Below, in pieces: positions 60,911 to 64,000 of a DNA stretch of 64,000 bases. The translations under genes and the position numbers were made by a program. The DNA is from Carcharhinus amblyrhynchos (Eukaryota): positions 51,336,001-51,400,000 of the forward strand of contig OZ336877.1 in assembly GCA_965287045.1 (NCBI GenBank), written 5' to 3'. The first letter of the stretch is position 1. The number at the start of each line of letters is the position of its first letter. The notes below the pieces were generated by a model. The model made no database searches, was not told where the DNA came from, and saw only the letters and a program-made list of their open reading frames with translations.

Positions 60911-63900
60911 TGTTTGTGTCTATAACCCTGATTGTATTTAAACTGAAATAACGCCTGGCTGTCGCAGGGGCTGATTTTATTTCAGATAGGTCTTAACAGC
61001 TGGCAAAACCCTACCTTTTATTTTGTTCTCCTCTGTCCCTCACCCTTAATAGTCGCTATCGAATAAGACACTAAGGATGTTAATCGTTACGAGAAAATCA
61101 GGAGATCACCACTTATCTGGGGGAAAATCGAAGGCACTTTATTCAGCGCTGGGTTAGATATGATAAGGCTGGGTGAGATAGAGTGGAAGTGTGGTGCCAC
61201 ATGTTTCTCTGTGTCCATTTCTCCCGCACTCTATTCCTCCCCTCTTTCTCTCCCATCCTGTTGTGTACTGAGAGGTCTCTATCAGGGTCTCTGTGTACGG
61301 TGGCCGCCAGTAGCCCTCAATTCGCCTTCTTGATCTCTCCCCTTGTCTATCACCATCTCCCTCTCTCTGTCTGCGAGACTCTCTGATCGCTCCATACCAA
61401 AACCCATCAGCACTGCTGAAATGTTAGGGACCCGCGCCTCAGACACCTCGATAACCCTTACTTCCCCCCCGGGGGCTATTTGCCAAAGGCGCCGTGTTAA
61501 CTATTTATTTATATATAAAAAAACCCTCAGTATCTTGTTCCAAAGCCGATGACAAATCATAGATCGCTGGTCAGCACAGGACAATACACACAACAATCCT
61601 TTCCCACACTTGGTGGATAAAGTTAAGAATTTTGTTCCGAGCCGAAACGATTTCCCATTTCAATGATAAATATATATCGATCGGTTTGAACTTCCAACAG
61701 CAAACTTATCTAGTCTTCAAGTTACGGTTCAACCTGCTAGACTTTGTTGATCAAATGAAAAACAGGGGAGGGAAAAAACGCGACCCAAGAACAAAAAACT
61801 TTTGCAATAACAAATACTTTGCTGAATGTAATAATGGTCATTCTATATTTAATGTTTTACTTCTCAAATCATATTAAATCTCAGCTATTTTCGCTGACTA
61901 AAACGCGCTACTTGAATTTCACTACATTATCGCCCACGATCCACGAGTGAATTCTTTAATTCAGTTGGAAAAGAGCGCATTTTTCTAACAATTTTAAAAT
62001 ATATATATAGTGTTATACAATCATTTCAGGATTCGATTTAGATACAAATTGTAACAAGTTAAAAAGTAGTTCGTGCATATTTACCTGCGTTTCATCTCCA
62101 GCTCTATCAATCCTTTATTCTATAGATCTTTGTAATTTGATTTTAGGGATTTATTTTGTACACAATGTGGCAGATCTTTTTTCTCTCTCTCTGTTGACGG
62201 GAAATGTATACGATGAACACGCCTGGCGCCCTCTGGGGCTTAAAAGGTCATCACTTTGACAGCAGGCTGACCATCATCTTCTCCCGGGTTCAGCCCATTG
62301 TTTATAAACACAGAAATATATACACCATTTCCTATCACTTAACAACAGAAATTTCACTTTCTATCCCGGATAAGCTCAGCACACAAGACGCTCAATAATG
62401 AATACTCTATAATGTAACATTATCAAACCGCATATTGTTCAACTTTTGTTAGAAGCATAGACAACAACAGATAATTTGAAGGGAAAAAAGTATTTGTTTT
62501 TACCTCAGGAATTTTATCGATCACTTCTTTCCTGGACACACTCATTTAAAACGAACTAAAGACGTTTGCAAAAAAAAAACCTCACGGATTTAAAAGGTTG
62601 TCATCCCCAAAGTGCCCAGCGCAGCAGGCCCAGTAGAAAAATGTGATAAATAAATTCGAGACTGAGGGCTGCCTCTCTCAATGCGGACATATCTGACTTT
62701 AATTTAATATTCCGCAATCATATTTTATAACGCAAATAATTCACGCCTAGATTTCCAGCGGATTCTGCATGGGACCCAAGAATTGCACTTAACCGCGTAT
62801 AATTCACAGTAGATATAAATTAGTACATTGATCATTCTACTTTTAATATCACTATATTTTTGGTTATCACTGCAAAATCTTTAAAGCATGTTAAATATCT
62901 CACAGCCCCATGCTTTACATTTTCTGCGCTCTGCAAAGAAAACAAATTAAATTCTCACGCTACCAAATCGTTAAATAATTTATAATCGAGCAATATAGAC
63001 TAGATGTACCTTATGTAAAACACTACCGTTAGCCCATTGATCTGGTTTGGATCGATTCGATAAACGGAAATCTATCAAAGCGCTTAAATGTGACATATCA
63101 TTTACAATCAAACATTTCCTCCCACAACGAAAAAAGGGTTATTTCATGTGAAAAAGAAACATATTATACATGACTTAGTCTATTGATCATGTGAATATAA
63201 TTAACTTGTGTTTATCATAAACTTCACAATTTACAGCATGTATTTAAGATCTGGTTTTGAGCAAATACAACTTATTTAAACGTTTCGCACCCCAATGTTT
63301 TAAATGTCCGATTTTTTTTGCATTTCTGGCACCCTTAAAACGCTTCAAAATTAAACACTACTAAATGATCCATTTCGCATTGTGTGTCAAAAGAATGCAC
63401 AGGACCCTGTTTCGTTTGTGCGTTTTTATGGTAAAAGGATTCACAACTGAACGACAACCTCTGCTAAACATCTCAGAGTTGAATTTGTACACCGTTATAA
63501 TTTTTTAAATAAACCTATTGCCACGCTATATTAGCAGCCCGGATTCTACAAGATTGGGAACGGTCACTGGAAGCATCTTTTGAACAATGTTCTGTGATGA
63601 AATGGGAACACATCACAGGTTTATATTTGTTGTACTGGATCATGCTAATCCCTGCTTTGCCCAGGTCTCTGTTAGGCTACCCAACACTATTGTTTCAGAT
63701 CTCCATTTTTTCTTCAAAAAATTCCACTAAATGGCGACTATCAAATTCTGACAATGTAAATTCGAACTGTTGCTGTACAATCGTTATTTTTATTTGTTAA
63801 AGAAAATCGATGAAATTGCCTCTAAAGTACTTAGTGAGGCGTGTTTGTACCGACTAGGGGAGAATACTAAATACAGTGGTTGGTCGATGAAAATTGAGTG

Positions 63901-64000
63901 GTTAGGAAATGTTTAAGTACACGCTCCTTAACGCTTGACTTGGTGACTGAAATGCTGCCGCTCTGATCTTTCGCACTCTTCCCCTTTTCCTACTCTTTTG

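Larger units (their letters stand above)
57060..62400. promoter_or_regulatory. CpG-enriched promoter / first-exon region of ZFHX4
   Basis: CG dinucleotides (TTCGCGCGACG, TCGCGCCGGCCG, CCGCGG, AACGCGCT) are visibly far more frequent than in the CpG-depleted introns. I recognise no transposons here, and the region is 5' of the first coding exon. Confidence 0.6.

Overview
Vertebrate genomic DNA, most likely a cartilaginous fish (shark): it carries HE1/V-SINE-like SINEs, abundant CR1-type LINEs, Penelope remnants and Deu-domain SINEs. The window holds the 5' part of the zinc-finger/homeobox gene ZFHX4 on the minus strand. Two exons are clear: the giant first coding exon (37773-35156, ATG at 37727) and the next 503-bp coding exon (33712-33210), both with canonical splice sites and consistent phase. 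A CpG-rich promoter region at about 57-62 kb contains a candidate non-coding first exon. Positions 1-33.2 kb are the start of the long following intron and are dense with often nested transposon fragments, whereas the first intron (37.8-60.5 kb) is nearly transposon-free and motif-rich. No RNA genes, CRISPR array or autonomous mobile element is supported, and I cannot demonstrate a wholly new biological system. The best leads are a five-unit composite tandem array just inside the first intron, three upstream AUGs (one per frame) in the 46 nt before the start codon, a possible GC-AG first intron with an antisense exon, an inverted pair of young LINE copies, an unexplained 40-bp inverted repeat, and several motif-dense enhancer candidates. 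Repeat family names come from recalled consensus sequences, not a database search, and identity counts were done by hand.
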